This document shows, one piece after another, positions 11,396 through 22,311 of a stretch of DNA of 64,000 nt. The first letter of the stretch is position 1, and every line of letters begins with the position of its first letter. A program made the position numbers and the translations under genes. The notes beneath the pieces are model-generated. The model saw nothing but the letters and a program-made list of their open reading frames with translations. It had not been told where the DNA came from and ran no database searches. The stretch is taken from the NCBI GenBank assembly GCA_965214835.1, contig CBDCCK010000002.1, positions 1,984,001 to 2,048,000 of the forward strand. The letters are read 5' to 3'. Origin of the DNA: Nitrosopumilaceae archaeon (lineage in GTDB: Archaea; Thermoproteota; Nitrososphaeria; Nitrososphaerales; Nitrosopumilaceae).

Positions 11396-11702
11396 GCGGG
11401 AAGATACATGGCAGGCCATACTGCCGTAGTCAACTCATAAAAAAACGTACAGTTTCGGCAACTGCTTTTAGCCCAAAGATCTAGGATCATGTAAACCATA
11501 CGCACATGCACGGGGAAACAGGCAAAAATCGTAGCATCAAAGGACAGATTCCTGCTAGGCAAAGCGCTCACACCTACGCAAGGCGTACGGGGAGGGCCTA
11601 CAAGAGGTAACGCGGCAGGCCGTTGCGGTCAGTTCGGGCATGTGGCGTTTGACATGCTGCCACGCAAGACCCGGCAGGGGGTAACGCGGCAGGCCGTTGC
11701 GG

Positions 11703-12753
11703 TCAGCCCATCAGGTATCGGAACATCTTTACCGGAAGGATCTCGCGCCTGGCAAACAGCCTCCCCGCGGACTGCTCTACGTCATCAAACGTATCAAACA
11801 TCTTGGCAGAAAGCCTTCGCTTTATCTCCCTGTCCCGTATCTTGACGGGGTTGAGCTCCGGCGTGTACGGAGGCAGGTATTCCAGTATTATCTGGCCGTC
11901 GTACTTTTTCAGCGTCTCCTTTACGCCGCCGGACCTGTGGTATGACGCATTGTCCAGGAATATCGGCACCTTGCCGTATCTTTCGTGCACCCTTTCTAAA
12001 AAATCGCAAAAGCTGCCGGTGTTGGCCTTCTCATAGAACATAAAGTGGAATATGCCTGCTGCCAGCACGCCGAATATGTACCTGCGCTGCCGTGACGGGG
12101 ACGAGGGCGTCGTGAGGCGCCTGCCGCGCTTTGTCCACCCACGCTTGGGGCTGTTTGAGGTCTTTTGGATGGAGGACTCGTCTTCTGCCAGCACGGTAAA
12201 TCCCTCTGCCGTCTTTTCCCTGATCAGCCTCTGTGCTGCCTCCTTGAACTCGTTTTGCTTGCGCTTTGAGGCGGCCTTTGGGTTCTTTGGCCTTGATTTC
12301 TTCCAAGCGAACCCAAGCTCGCGTGCCAGCAGCCGCGTGCCGCTACTGCTGTACTGTATACCGAACTTCTTTCTGATGTGCCGCCTCATCAGGCGCGAGT
12401 CCCACATGCTGCCCTCAAAGCCGCAGTCCCCGGGATCCGACTTGAGATCCGCGTCAAGCTGGCTCAGCTGCGACTCGCTCAGCTTGTGCTTGCGTCCCCT
12501 GCCTGCGCGCTCGTGTCTTGCGCGCATCCCCTCATCCTGGGCGCGGTTGAGCCACTCGGATATAGCAGACTTTGACCGGCAGAGGTTCTCTGCTATCTGC
12601 GACAAACTGAGGCCGTCCTTGCGCTGCATGTGTGCCAGCAGCCTTTCACTCTCTCTTGTCGGTCTCCTTGTACGCCTTGTGCAGGTAGGGGCTCCTCGTG
12701 TTTGGCAGGAACTAGTCCCCCGATGCTACGAATTCTTTTCTCTGTCTGTCCAT
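11703..12753 (-). pseudogene. IS630-family transposase (5' frameshifts)
   Basis: AEDES, LDNASYH and LPPYTPELNP motifs. The last catalytic E position reads VK. Confidence 0.85.
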
Positions 12754-13165
12754 ACACATACGTGGTAGATTGCCTGATCTTAATCTTTGGATCAAAAATA
12801 ATTGTCAAAATCATTTCATTTTTTATGCTTTCACTATGGGATGACCCTTCAAGATGACAAAATTCACGCCTGAACTTCCAGAGCCCGAGCTGTTACCTTT
12901 TTCATGGTTTTTCGTGATCGGCACAGCCTAAAATAGTCAGCTATTGTCCTACTGATCCTAGGCGGACTGGCTTTTCGTACAATAGGCCCCCTGCTAGCTA
13001 GGCACGAAAACCACGGTTGCATGAGAGCCCGAGCCGGACTGTTCAAGGGGCAAGCGGCCTCATGCGTGCCGCCAGATGTGCCTGCCCGAGCTTTTGGGGA
13101 GTGGCCTGCCCTCACAAGACGCATGATTAGAAATCATTAAAACCAAACATTTTGCACGTTAATCA

Positions 13166-13543
13166 TTGAGGAAGAAAGACTATGATGCAATCGTAGAAGG
13201 CGTCTCGAAGATCAGCCCGTACATCCGATTCGTAGGAATCATAGGACCAGGGGGTGACCTCAAGGCACACAGCAGAAGGCCGGGACTAGAACCGCTGCTC
13301 AACGCGAAAAGTACGCAGCACCAGTTCTCGCACATCGCAATCAAGACGGGGCTCGAGGGATCCTTTGACAGGAGTCTGGGCCCGGTAGAGTTTGTCTGGG
13401 AGGAAAGGATGAAGGTTCAAACCATATCGTTTGCGATAAAAAAGATCAGGGTTTGGATCTCAATTGATAAAAAGGTAGTGCGCTCCGAGGTGCTGAGAAT
13501 CATCGACAATTGCTTTCAGATAGTAAAAAAACACTCGAGATAA
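13166..13543 (+). CDS. Roadblock/profilin-like DUF6659-type protein
   Basis: IRFVGII, R-x-GLEPLL and FDRSLGPV pattern typical of this thaumarchaeal family. Confidence 0.65.
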   Translation: MRKKDYDAIVEGVSKISPYIRFVGIIGPGGDLKAHSRRPGLEPLLNAKSTQHQFSHIAIKTGLEGSFDRSLGPVEFVWEERMKVQTISFAIKKIRVWISIDKKVVRSEVLRIIDNCFQIVKKHSR

Positions 13544-13612
13544 GGCCTCCGCATTGTGGCGCAGAACCGGGCATGGCGGACACATCAAGTGCGTTTGAGC
13601 ACAAGCCAGCGG

Positions 13613-14548
13613 TTACTTTTCATAAAGCCAGCACCGGACATAGCCGGAGTCTGTCTTAAAGCTGGGTGGATCCCTACTGCACCTCTCAAACGCGTGGGGG
13701 CACCGATCTAGAAACCTGCAGGTTCCTGCGGGATTGACCAATCCCGGGGGGGATCCCTTGATGTATGCAGGCCTTACACCCCTCAGCGTCGGGATAGATG
13801 CAAGAAGCGCCTTGGTGTAGGGATGCTTTGGATTTCTGTAGATGTCATCGGCTGCTCCAAATTCCACCATCTGTCCGGCATACATTACCCCTACCTTGTC
13901 TGCAATCTCAGACAGCACTGCCAGGTCGTGGGTAATCAGCATAAACGACATACCCCGGCTTTTCAGATCCTTGAGCAGGTTGATGATTTGTGCCTGGATC
14001 AGCACGTCTAGCGCAGTCGTAGGCTCGTCGGCGATGACAAGCTTCGGATGGAGCAGCAGTGCCATTGCGATGACTACCCTCTGCTTCATTCCCCCGCTCA
14101 GCTCGTGGGGAAACCTCTTCAGAATGGAGGCGTCAAGGTTTACGGAGCTTAGAGACGCAGAGATTGTGCCCTCCATGTCTCCCTCAAAACCATGCTGCCT
14201 TAGAACTTCGACGAACTGATCACGTATGGTAAATACGGGATCTAGGGAGTTCATTGCGCCCTGAAATATCATCGACACCTGCTTCCAGCGGTAGGATTTG
14301 TCAAAGTCAGACTCTGGTATCTCCAGTATGGGTACACCGTCAAAACTGACAGATCCCGAGGTGATCCTCCCGCCCTGAAGCATCCTGATCAGGGACAGCC
14401 CAAGCGTGCTCTTGCCGCACGCGCTCTCCCCTGCAATGCCTACGGACTCGCCGTCGCCTAGGGCAAACGAGACCCCCGATAGCGCGTGCACGTCGCCGGT
14501 ACCGGAGGGATAGCACGCACTGAGATCATCCACGTCAAGCTTTGTCAT
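13613..14548 (-). CDS. dppD: Oligopeptide/dipeptide ABC transporter ATP-binding subunit
   Basis: GESACGKS, LSGGMKQR, IADEPTTALD, HPYT and the C-terminal Cys cluster. Confidence 0.9.
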   Translation of the reverse strand: MTKLDVDDLSACYPSGTGDVHALSGVSFALGDGESVGIAGESACGKSTLGLSLIRMLQGGRITSGSVSFDGVPILEIPESDFDKSYRWKQVSMIFQGAMNSLDPVFTIRDQFVEVLRQHGFEGDMEGTISASLSSVNLDASILKRFPHELSGGMKQRVVIAMALLLHPKLVIADEPTTALDVLIQAQIINLLKDLKSRGMSFMLITHDLAVLSEIADKVGVMYAGQMVEFGAADDIYRNPKHPYTKALLASIPTLRGVRPAYIKGSPPGLVNPAGTCRFLDRCPHAFERCSRDPPSFKTDSGYVRCWLYEK

Positions 14549-14692
14549 GCAGTATCTAGGCAACCACAGGTAGATTTCTGTTTTGTCTTCCCATCTATGT
14601 TAAAACGCCCGGGCCCTTTAGCGGTGGCAAACTGTGTCTCTCTGATCCACGCCTAGTTTGATATGGGCCGCTTTATAGCTTACGCTGGGTAT

Positions 14693-15395
14693 GGGCTGTT
14701 GCATAACTCCGACTAGAGCCCATCCAATCCGCCAAGATCACTACCGGCGCCAGGTTCCTACATGGCAGCCACCGCCTCTGCGATCCACTTGTTGTACAGC
14801 CATATCCTCAACTTTACCTCCTGCACTATATTGGATCACCTGAGGGCCTTTACGTCCTCGCCGAACATGCGCTTTGTGGCAGATATCATGATCTCGACGA
14901 TCCACTTCACACCGTAACCGATCGTGCTCTTCGGGTACTGCAGGTTCTCCTGCCCCTTCTCCTTTGGCAGATCCCCAACCGGCACCTCGGAGCCGTCTCC
15001 GAGCTGGCTTTTCACAAGCATGCCCCACTTATCACCGGTACCCTTGCCCCTTGCAGTACAGCTTGTCAAGAGCCGTATGAGCGGCCTTATGCCGTGCTTG
15101 TGGCACTCGGATATGTTTTTCCTTGAGCCGTATGCGCCGTCTGCAAACAGGATCGTACCTGGTGCATCCTGATTCGCTCCGGTGCCGAGCAGGGTCAGCG
15201 GCGATATCCCGTCTGCAAGCATGCTGGGGATCTTTACTGCATCTGCGCTATCGGGGCAGTCCTACTGCTCCTCTTCCTTGACGTTCCTGACCGCCTCCTC
15301 AAGCAGTGCCGGCAGCTCCGTGCTGTCTCTAACTGCCTCGTCTGTGACGGCTACTGCCAGCACCTGCTTGGTGTCTGCGTCGACCATCAGGCAGT
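14693..15395 (-). pseudogene. IS5 (IS903-group) transposase 3' fragment
   Basis: Homologous to 37429-38487 (ADGAYGS). TIR CTGTTGCATAAC at about 14696. Confidence 0.85.
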
Positions 15396-15401
15396 AGACC
15401 T

Positions 15402-15572
15402 TGGAGTGGACCCCTATGAGTAGGAACGATTTTGGCGACATTTTATGCACACTCTGATCGCTCATTTTTGCGGCACCTCCTGCATTTTCCAGACAAACTC
15501 GTCCGGTGTCAGGTATCCCAGTGCCGAGTGGATCCTGTCTTTGTTGTAATCTGCAAATGCCTCTGCCAAGAC
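15402..15572 (-). mobile_element. IS3 right-end remnant
   Basis: Reverse-complement match to about 7485-7657. Confidence 0.85.
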
Positions 15573-15573
15573 G

Positions 15574-15703
15574 GTGGTTGTCGCCTAATTCCATTTGTTT
15601 GACTCAATCTGCACGTTTTTCTGAATCTCCGCCCTTTTGCACGCCTGATCCATATGGCATTTCAGCGGTTTCTAGGAATTCTGATGAATTAGGCGACAAC
15701 CTC
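15574..15703. mobile_element. MITE family A (about 130 bp)
   Basis: TIRs GGTTGTCGCCTAATTC and GAATTAGGCGACAACC. Homologous to 44810-44939. Confidence 0.8.
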
Positions 15704-15819
15704 GCCCATTTGATCAAAATTTGCTAATTTCGAGTCAACTCTGGAGCTTGTCATCTCGATTCCGCAGTCGAACAGTTCCTCCTCAAAGGCGGTAGGCGTC
15801 TACCCACAGGTGAGGAGGA

Positions 15820-16473
15820 CTATATTATCAGATCAGGTTTTAGTCTATTGATTATCGTTCCGTACACCACGACGCGCTCCCTCCTGCCGGATCGTTCCAC
15901 CTCGATCCTGTCCCCAGCGGGCGACCAAAACTTTCTGCCGTCCCTTCCCGTACTGACGAATATCGACTCGTCCTGTACGGTTATCCTGAATCCGCGCCTT
16001 TTTGCAAGCGCAATCGTGTCTTTTGCATCCCTCTGCCACCGTCTTACCGCCTTTGCGTCGGCAGCGTCTGCCAGCTTGGTGGTTGACGTCTTTGGCGAGA
16101 ATCCCATCGTGCGCAGGATTCTTCTAATGCTTCCCACGCTGTATGTGACGTGCAGCCTGCGGCGCACCCGGTCGCGCAGCTTCTTCGGGGTGAGCTTTTC
16201 CATCCTGCGCAGCCTCGTGGCGATCTTTTTTATCCTGCCGACCGGAACCTTTGGTTTTTTGCCCCTGTTGGGGGAGTCACGGAGGCCGTCAATGCCGTCA
16301 AGCTCGAACCTTTCAACCCACATCTGTACGGTGCGCTGTGTCACGTCGGCAATCTCCGCAGTATGTGCGGTGGTGTTGCCAAGCAGTACGGAGCGCACCG
16401 CCATGATTCTGGTGTGAGTCTTGAGATCCTTTTCGACATGCATGGCATCCGTGAGGATTTTCGTCTTGTTCAT
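15820..16473 (-). pseudogene. IS630-family transposase, 3'-truncated
   Basis: HTH, winged HTH and VQDES. Ends before the second D. Confidence 0.75.
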
Positions 16474-16534
16474 GCCGGGAGTGACATGGTGGGGAGCTAT
16501 AAACCTTTACAAGATGTGTGATCAGGCGAAATTT

Positions 16535-17098
16535 TCAATGACCATCAGTATTGTCGTCAACAACTTTGTATTTTCCGTACTTGCCGAGCTCTACAAAGTA
16601 GAATCCGTCATCATCAAAGACGGGACCGTTTTTGCCATGTCCCACATGAAGTATGACTTCTTCACCGATTTCAAACTGTGGTTCGAAGCCGTGCATGTAG
16701 AATTTGTCGGATTCATACACGCCGCCCAGATACACGGTAAACTGGTCGCCTTCTTTCAATTTGAGATCTGGAGTGATATCCTTGGCTTTTTCATCAAGTT
16801 CAATTGTTATCGGTACAAAGCCCAGCTGGTTTTTTGATTCGTCACTCCAATCAATCGGATCCCCCACAGAAAGAACCGTTCCCTTGACGGTTAACACCAC
16901 TGTGGGCTTGGTTTCGCTGATTTCTTCGGTTGCCAGCATGACGTCGGTTGGGGCAACAGCAATGTTTGGATTTGCCTTTGTAATGTCAGATTGCACATAA
17001 ACATAACTCTCATCAGATGAACTCAATGATGCTACCATGCCAATGGAAACAGCAACGATGACAACAATGCTAAATATGGCTAATTTTTGTCTGTTCAT
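16535..17098 (-). CDS. Membrane-anchored beta-rich protein (partner of the metalloprotease; C-terminus probably clipped by the IS)
   Basis: N-terminal TM segment. Starts 9 bp after the protease stop. Confidence 0.75.
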   Translation of the reverse strand: MNRQKLAIFSIVVIVAVSIGMVASLSSSDESYVYVQSDITKANPNIAVAPTDVMLATEEISETKPTVVLTVKGTVLSVGDPIDWSDESKNQLGFVPITIELDEKAKDITPDLKLKEGDQFTVYLGGVYESDKFYMHGFEPQFEIGEEVILHVGHGKNGPVFDDDGFYFVELGKYGKYKVVDDNTDGH

Positions 17099-17107
17099 TT
17101 TTTTCTC

Positions 17108-17752
17108 CTACGTATAATGATCATTTATGTCATTTAGATCCTCTGTTCTAAGCTGTGATTGATCAGAGTTGCATCCACTCTTCATCGCAGTATGACCATC
17201 CCAAGCGCCCCAATGCCATACATGATGGCCCAAGCCTGCAAAGTGACCAAACTCGTGTGTGATCACGTAATCTGGGTTTACTTCGCCGAAAATAATGTTG
17301 CATCCGACATCCGGATCATAATTCAGGCTGTTGTTAGTGTTAAGCCAAATTACTTTGTACTGACCGCCGCCACCCGAATAGCTACCGGTGGCACCAAAGA
17401 CATTTGTGCTTCCAAGATATGCGGCACCAAGCCTGCTGTTGTATCCGGGATTGTTGGAGGAAACAACAGTTAGGTCAAAATCTGTCGAATGAATTGTATG
17501 TCTTGGAACTTCTGCAATGAGGGTCAACGCAACGCCATTATTTTCCGATCCATCATAAGTTACATCATCTAACGCATCCATGTCATACCATATGGTTTCT
17601 GAAGACGATGCACTGAATGGTTCAAAATTCATAATGTCGCCATTTGAATCATGTGCATAAGCGGGTGTCATCATAACAATTGTCAAGACAGTTACAAGGA
17701 AGGATATCGAGGTTGCTGAAACAGCTTTCGTGTTTTTTGTTTTGTGATTCAT
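17108..17752 (-). CDS. Secreted metzincin (matrixin-like) zinc metalloprotease
   Basis: Signal peptide ending AYA, HEFGHFAGLGH and the Met-turn TAMK. Confidence 0.85.
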   Translation of the reverse strand: MNHKTKNTKAVSATSISFLVTVLTIVMMTPAYAHDSNGDIMNFEPFSASSSETIWYDMDALDDVTYDGSENNGVALTLIAEVPRHTIHSTDFDLTVVSSNNPGYNSRLGAAYLGSTNVFGATGSYSGGGGQYKVIWLNTNNSLNYDPDVGCNIIFGEVNPDYVITHEFGHFAGLGHHVWHWGAWDGHTAMKSGCNSDQSQLRTEDLNDINDHYT

Positions 17753-17820
17753 GTTGTTGCCTGTATCACGATCACTTGTTATATAACAACTGCTAGCCGT
17801 TTGCGGTATGCCTTTTGCGC
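17750..17820 (-). promoter_or_regulatory. Shared cassette promoter, copy D
   Basis: GCATACCGCAAACGGCTAGCAGTTGTTATATAAC about 26 bp before the ATG. Aligns with the copies at 46424, 49113 and 52084. Confidence 0.65.
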
Positions 17821-17915
17821 ACGAAACGAGCAAGAACCGGATCCCGTACTCGTCAAATGGGTGCAGGAAGGATCGCCAGTGAAACGGCGATCCTCACCGG
17901 AAGATCTGTCTTGCG

Positions 17916-18090
17916 CTATTTTGCATGTCTCCTGATCGTCTTCCACAGGGTGTCTGGCTCGATGGGCTTGTTTATCATGCCCCTGAGGGAGGATGCCTTT
18001 GCCCCTCCGTACTTTGCGTCGTCTATCATGTAGCTTGAGGTAAAGACTATCCGGGCATCCTGATCGTGCTTTCTCAGCAGCAGAAAGGTC
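17916..18090 (-). pseudogene. Response-regulator receiver C-terminal remnant
   Basis: KHDQDARIVFTSSY...GMINKPIE matches DARVVFTSSY...GMIDKPV of 47805-48173. Cut by the IS66 TIR. Confidence 0.75.
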
Positions 18091-19725
18091 GTATGAGGTC
18101 ACCTACCCCTCACAATAGGGTAAACATTACTGACGGTGCTGATCCTTATACTATGATCGCGTAGACTAGGCATTGTGAAAGGTCAGCCCTCCGCATGCTG
18201 CGAGATCGAGGCATCTACAGCATCGCCCACGGAGACGATAAGGAATCTAAAAAAGGACCTCAAGGAGCGTGACAATATCATTGAGGAGCAGGGCAGGACC
18301 ATTGAAAGGCTAAACAAGACACTTGAAAAGCGCGACAAGACCATCAGGGAGCAGGACAACAGGCTCCGATACTACGAGAACGAGAACTCGCCCCCGTCGG
18401 CAGACTCGCTGGAGTAGAAGAGGCAAAAGGCGCAGAGGAGAAAGGAGAGGGCCCGGCCCGATGCTGCAGCCGGGGATGACGGCACCGGGGAGGACAGAAA
18501 AAAGCCCGGCGGCCAGAAGGGCCACAAGGGCGTATCGCGCACCCACCGGCCCACCAGGGTACAGAAACACTGCTTTCCGGGTGGACGGGCGCCGGAGTGC
18601 AAGTGCGGCACCACCACAGAGATCATGAAAAAGCCGCAGGTGCGCGACATGATAGGATTCAAGATAAAGTACACCGAGACGCGCCACGAGACACAGAGGG
18701 CAGTGTGCCCGAAATGCGGCACCATGCATACGGCCCCCGACGGCCTGCCCCGACGCGGCAGCTATGACACGAGCGTGGTCACAGCCGTCACAAAGCTGCG
18801 CAGCGAGGGCGTCCCACACAACAGGATCCCGGGTATAATGTCAGATATCCTGGGCGTGCACATGTCAAAGTCAACTGCAATCAACAGCATAGGACGCGTC
18901 TGCGACGCCGCAAAGGCGCCTGCCGAGGCCATCGCAGAGGAGGTAAGAAGCTCAAAGACGGTCTGCATAGACGAGACGGGGATCAACCTGGCAGGCAGAC
19001 TGGGATGGGCGTGGGCCATGCTGTCGGCGGTGGGCGTGTTCATGATATATGCAGACACCAGGAGCGCCCGGATCCTGGACCAGTACATGGGCGGGTACGG
19101 GGGCGTCGTCACATCGGATGGATATCCCGCATACAAGAGGTTCGGGCTGCTGGGAAGGCTCCAGCGGTGCCGGGCGCACGAGCTGCGGTTCCTCCTGTAT
19201 GGCTCGCAGAAAAAGGGTGCCCTGCTGTTTGCAGGAGTCCTGTACCGGCAGATGCAGCAGCTGTTCAAGGATGCCAGGGAGTGTCTTGAGGGCTGGGACA
19301 AGCTGTCCGAGGAGGATCTCCGGGAGCTCGAGGAGAGGACGGGGATAAGCAGTGCCGACGGACTGATGGGGCGGCACTCGCCGGAGCTGCGCCGGCGGTT
19401 TGAAACCAACATGCAGAACATGCTGTTCGGATACGTTGATGCATGGGGCGGCCCGCTGGAGCCCCTTCTCAAGAGGATGCACAGGGCCCTGCCGTGCATG
19501 TTTGCGTTTCTGGAATACGAGGGTGTCGAGCCGACCAACAATGGTGCAGAGCGGGCGCTGCGCCCCGTCGTACTTCAATTCAAGATAAGCGGCCAGATCA
19601 AGGGAGGCCTGGTCTGGACGGAAAGGCATGGATGGCTCAATACATGCGTGTCGACATGGAAGCTGCAGGGCAAGTCCATCATGGATGAGGTGGCCAAAAT
19701 AATCTAGGGGTAGGTGACCACATAC
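18091..19725 (+). mobile_element. IS66-family (single-ORF type) element
   Basis: TIRs GTATGAGGTCACCTACCCCT and AGGGGTAGGTGACCACATAC. No TSD, implying an adjacent rearrangement. Confidence 0.85.
18175..19707 (+). pseudogene. IS66 transposase with a premature stop (TAG at 18415)
   Basis: NSPPS, IDETG, TSDGY and PTNNGAER motifs. Confidence 0.85.
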
Positions 19726-19764
19726 AAAAAGAGTATGGATGCCGAGGATATGATCCCGGCACGG

Positions 19765-20274
19765 TCAGGGGCGCGGAACAAGCCTGTACTGGATGCCCTT
19801 TATCCCAAAGGCCACGATTATCACCACGGCCCCGCCTATCCGTATCGCGTTGAGGGCGATGCTTATCAGGCCCGTGACATCCTCTGAGAATATCGCGTTC
19901 TCCTGGCACTGCTCGTCCTCGCCTACCGCACAGAACGTGTTGATGTCGACCCCCATGAGGGGCGCTATGATTGTCGGTGCTGCAATGATGAATATCATCG
20001 CGACGAATGTCTTTTTTCCGAACCTGACAAGGTCTCCCTTGCTTTTTCCCTCGTCATCGTCTCCAAACTTGGGAGCGAACTTTCCACCGGCATCCCTGGA
20101 GTGCTTGGATTCATCCCAGGCGGCTGCCAGGGCATCCACCTTGGCGATGGCATCATCGATGGGGCTCTTTCTGGCTGATTCGGGCTGGTATCCTGATGCC
20201 GATACAGTCGAGAGTCGCATGACATTATAGGCGGCCTTTGTTACATCCACCTGATCCGTGGCACGACTATCCAT
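19765..20274 (-). CDS. Membrane protein with a phage-type WDESKHxRD-x-GGKF motif and pilin-like TM segments
   Basis: WDESKHSRDAGGKFAPK followed by two hydrophobic helices. Confidence 0.55.
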   Translation of the reverse strand: MDSRATDQVDVTKAAYNVMRLSTVSASGYQPESARKSPIDDAIAKVDALAAAWDESKHSRDAGGKFAPKFGDDDEGKSKGDLVRFGKKTFVAMIFIIAAPTIIAPLMGVDINTFCAVGEDEQCQENAIFSEDVTGLISIALNAIRIGGAVVIIVAFGIKGIQYRLVPRP

Positions 20275-20313
20275 GATTTATCATCCATGACAATGGTAAA
20301 TAAGTATTAGGAG

Positions 20314-20604
20314 TCATTTCCCCGGTGCTATACAATATAGTTCCTTCCCGCCGGGTTCGCGCACGCCTGACTTTACTATAATTCCATTGTCGACGTAATA
20401 CTGGACCATCTCTTCGGGAGTCATGTCCAAATATTCCATCAGACTGGAGCCCCAGCTGCGGAGGTTGTTTGCCATCCACCTGAGCCCGGCACCGTTCCAT
20501 TCGGGCGGCCGTCCCTGATCCCTCAAAAACGCGATCAGTCCCGAATTTTCCAATGCGTCCAGCTGCCGGGCGTCAAGGTTCCTCGGCGGCGTTGATTCCT
20601 TCAT
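20314..20604 (-). CDS. Hypothetical protein
   Basis: ORF in an apparent operon with 20609-20869. Confidence 0.5.
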   Translation of the reverse strand: MKESTPPRNLDARQLDALENSGLIAFLRDQGRPPEWNGAGLRWMANNLRSWGSSLMEYLDMTPEEMVQYYVDNGIIVKSGVREPGGKELYCIAPGK

Positions 20605-20608
20605 GATG

Positions 20609-20869
20609 CTACACTATATCGATCTTTATATTAAATTTCTTGGCAATATCGTCCAATGATATGCCCATCCCGGCAAGAAACTCCGGAATGTTGCTGTCCT
20701 TTGTGATTGCCAGTCCTACCGGATCGCGGGGAAGTTTGAATGGCTTCGTGTTGTCCATCCTTGCCTCAAGCTGACTCGTGTTCATTCCATGCAGGCTCAT
20801 ACCATGCTTCATGCTCTTATCATCCGAGTCACGCGGGTATGGTGATGCCGGAAGTGCCTCGAGGTTCAT
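20609..20869 (-). CDS. Hypothetical protein
   Basis: Short ORF ending 4 bp before the next gene. Confidence 0.45.
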   Translation of the reverse strand: MNLEALPASPYPRDSDDKSMKHGMSLHGMNTSQLEARMDNTKPFKLPRDPVGLAITKDSNIPEFLAGMGISLDDIAKKFNIKIDIV

Positions 20870-21224
20870 TCCCTCCGGATTGAATGACAGTCTGACTGTG
20901 TCATGTTTGAAATATTTATGGTTTGGATCGAATGTAAATGACTTTGACGAGCCCGGTTTTTCATCCGGCTCTAAATTGCCCGATTTACCATGATGTGTAT
21001 GATGCCGTTTGATTTAAGGCGCAAAAACACGGTATGACGGGTCACAGATCTACAAGCCTGTCGGCGGATTTACACAGGAATTATGGACGACCAAGTCAGA
21101 ATTTACACTCGGGATCCACACGCTTGGATTATTTTGGATATCCCAGTCAAAGATCCCCTGGGTATTTTTTAAAAAATTACCCAAAATTTGGCACATGCTT
21201 AAACAATTCGCCACATGAGGTTTA

Positions 21225-21317
21225 TAAAGCCAGAAGATCTAATTGAGGTAGGTAATGCGGGACGCATTATTAGAGGGCATGTTGAATGGGGGGTTCCTTG
21301 TTGCATGCTCTTGACCC
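21225..21317 (-). ncRNA. Candidate DUF3800-associated structured RNA
   Basis: Directly 3' of DUF3800. GCATG/CATGC and TAATGCG/CGCATTA stems with a GAACCCCCCATTC loop. Confidence 0.35.
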
Positions 21318-22034
21318 TTATTTTGGAAACACCCTGTAACCGCATCCTATTGTATTTCCAGAACTGTCAGTTTGAAACTTCCCATAAATCAGATTCCAAT
21401 ATCTTTCGAATTCATCCGGTGTTGAATGATGACGAAATGATGCGTATGCGACTGCATCTGCAATTTGAATTCCTTCAACTCCAGATGAATCAACAAAAAC
21501 AGGGGGTTCTGCTTGCACTTTTCTTTGGTAGTCTGTTCCCAGTTCTCTTATATCTTTGATTACATCGGTAATATCTCTATGAAACCTGTTTGAACTCTTG
21601 TCAATTTTTATGGTTCCGTTATTATTTTCATCCGATCTTTCTTCTAGGAGTTTGTCGAATCTTTCAATTAAAAACGCCCATGCAATAGTGAATGGTTTCC
21701 AAGATGGGTGTTGGTGTCTTAGTGATCCTTTGTCAATTACCACGGAAACGGTGATGACATCCAAGTTAGATATGACATGATACAATTCATCTAACATGAT
21801 TCGCTTTTTTGAAAGACTCAAGCTGGCAAAATCGCCTTTGCCCTTAAGGATGTCATGTGTATGAATTTCTGCATCTACATACTGATCGGTAAAATGTTTT
21901 AGTTTGTAATCATACGTAGATCTTTTGAGATCGTTGGCTTTGTCTTCCTCGACAATCACTCCTGATAAAACGAAGAAATTTGTATGATCGCTATGTCTCA
22001 CGGAACCGGATTTGTCCACATACATAATCGGCAT
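21318..22034 (-). CDS. DUF3800 domain protein (RNase H-like fold)
   Basis: N-terminal YVDKSG, EIH and C-terminal GIQIADAVA. Confidence 0.85.
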   Translation of the reverse strand: MPIMYVDKSGSVRHSDHTNFFVLSGVIVEEDKANDLKRSTYDYKLKHFTDQYVDAEIHTHDILKGKGDFASLSLSKKRIMLDELYHVISNLDVITVSVVIDKGSLRHQHPSWKPFTIAWAFLIERFDKLLEERSDENNNGTIKIDKSSNRFHRDITDVIKDIRELGTDYQRKVQAEPPVFVDSSGVEGIQIADAVAYASFRHHSTPDEFERYWNLIYGKFQTDSSGNTIGCGYRVFPK

Positions 22035-22056
22035 GTAATTACTGCTTTTACATTCC

Positions 22057-22227
22057 TATTAGTGTCAAGTTATTTTGGAAAGGTGAACAAATCCATAAAA
22101 CCATGGTGGCGATTAAAGGCTCGTCAGCGCATATGGGCATGGAGCGCCTGTCGTTATTAGTGTCAAGTTATTTTGGAAAGGTGAACAAATCCATAAAACC
22201 ATGGTGGCGATTAAAGGCTCGTCAGCG
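22057..22227 (+). repeat. 73-bp exact direct repeat (22057-22129 and 22155-22227)
   Basis: TATTAGTGTCAAG...GCTCGTCAGCG occurs twice, 98 bp apart. Confidence 0.9.
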
Positions 22228-22311
22228 TGCAAAGGGAATAGAAATTCAGAAGTGTGCAGATTGAGTCAAGCAGGGGGAATTAGGCGACAACCTCGATCCG
22301 ATGCATGCAGT

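Noticed and set aside
15777-15819. Hairpin TCCTCCTCA...TGAGGAGGA as an IS200/IS605 end or omegaRNA
   Set aside because: There is no TnpA, TnpB or IscB nearby, and it is a single copy.
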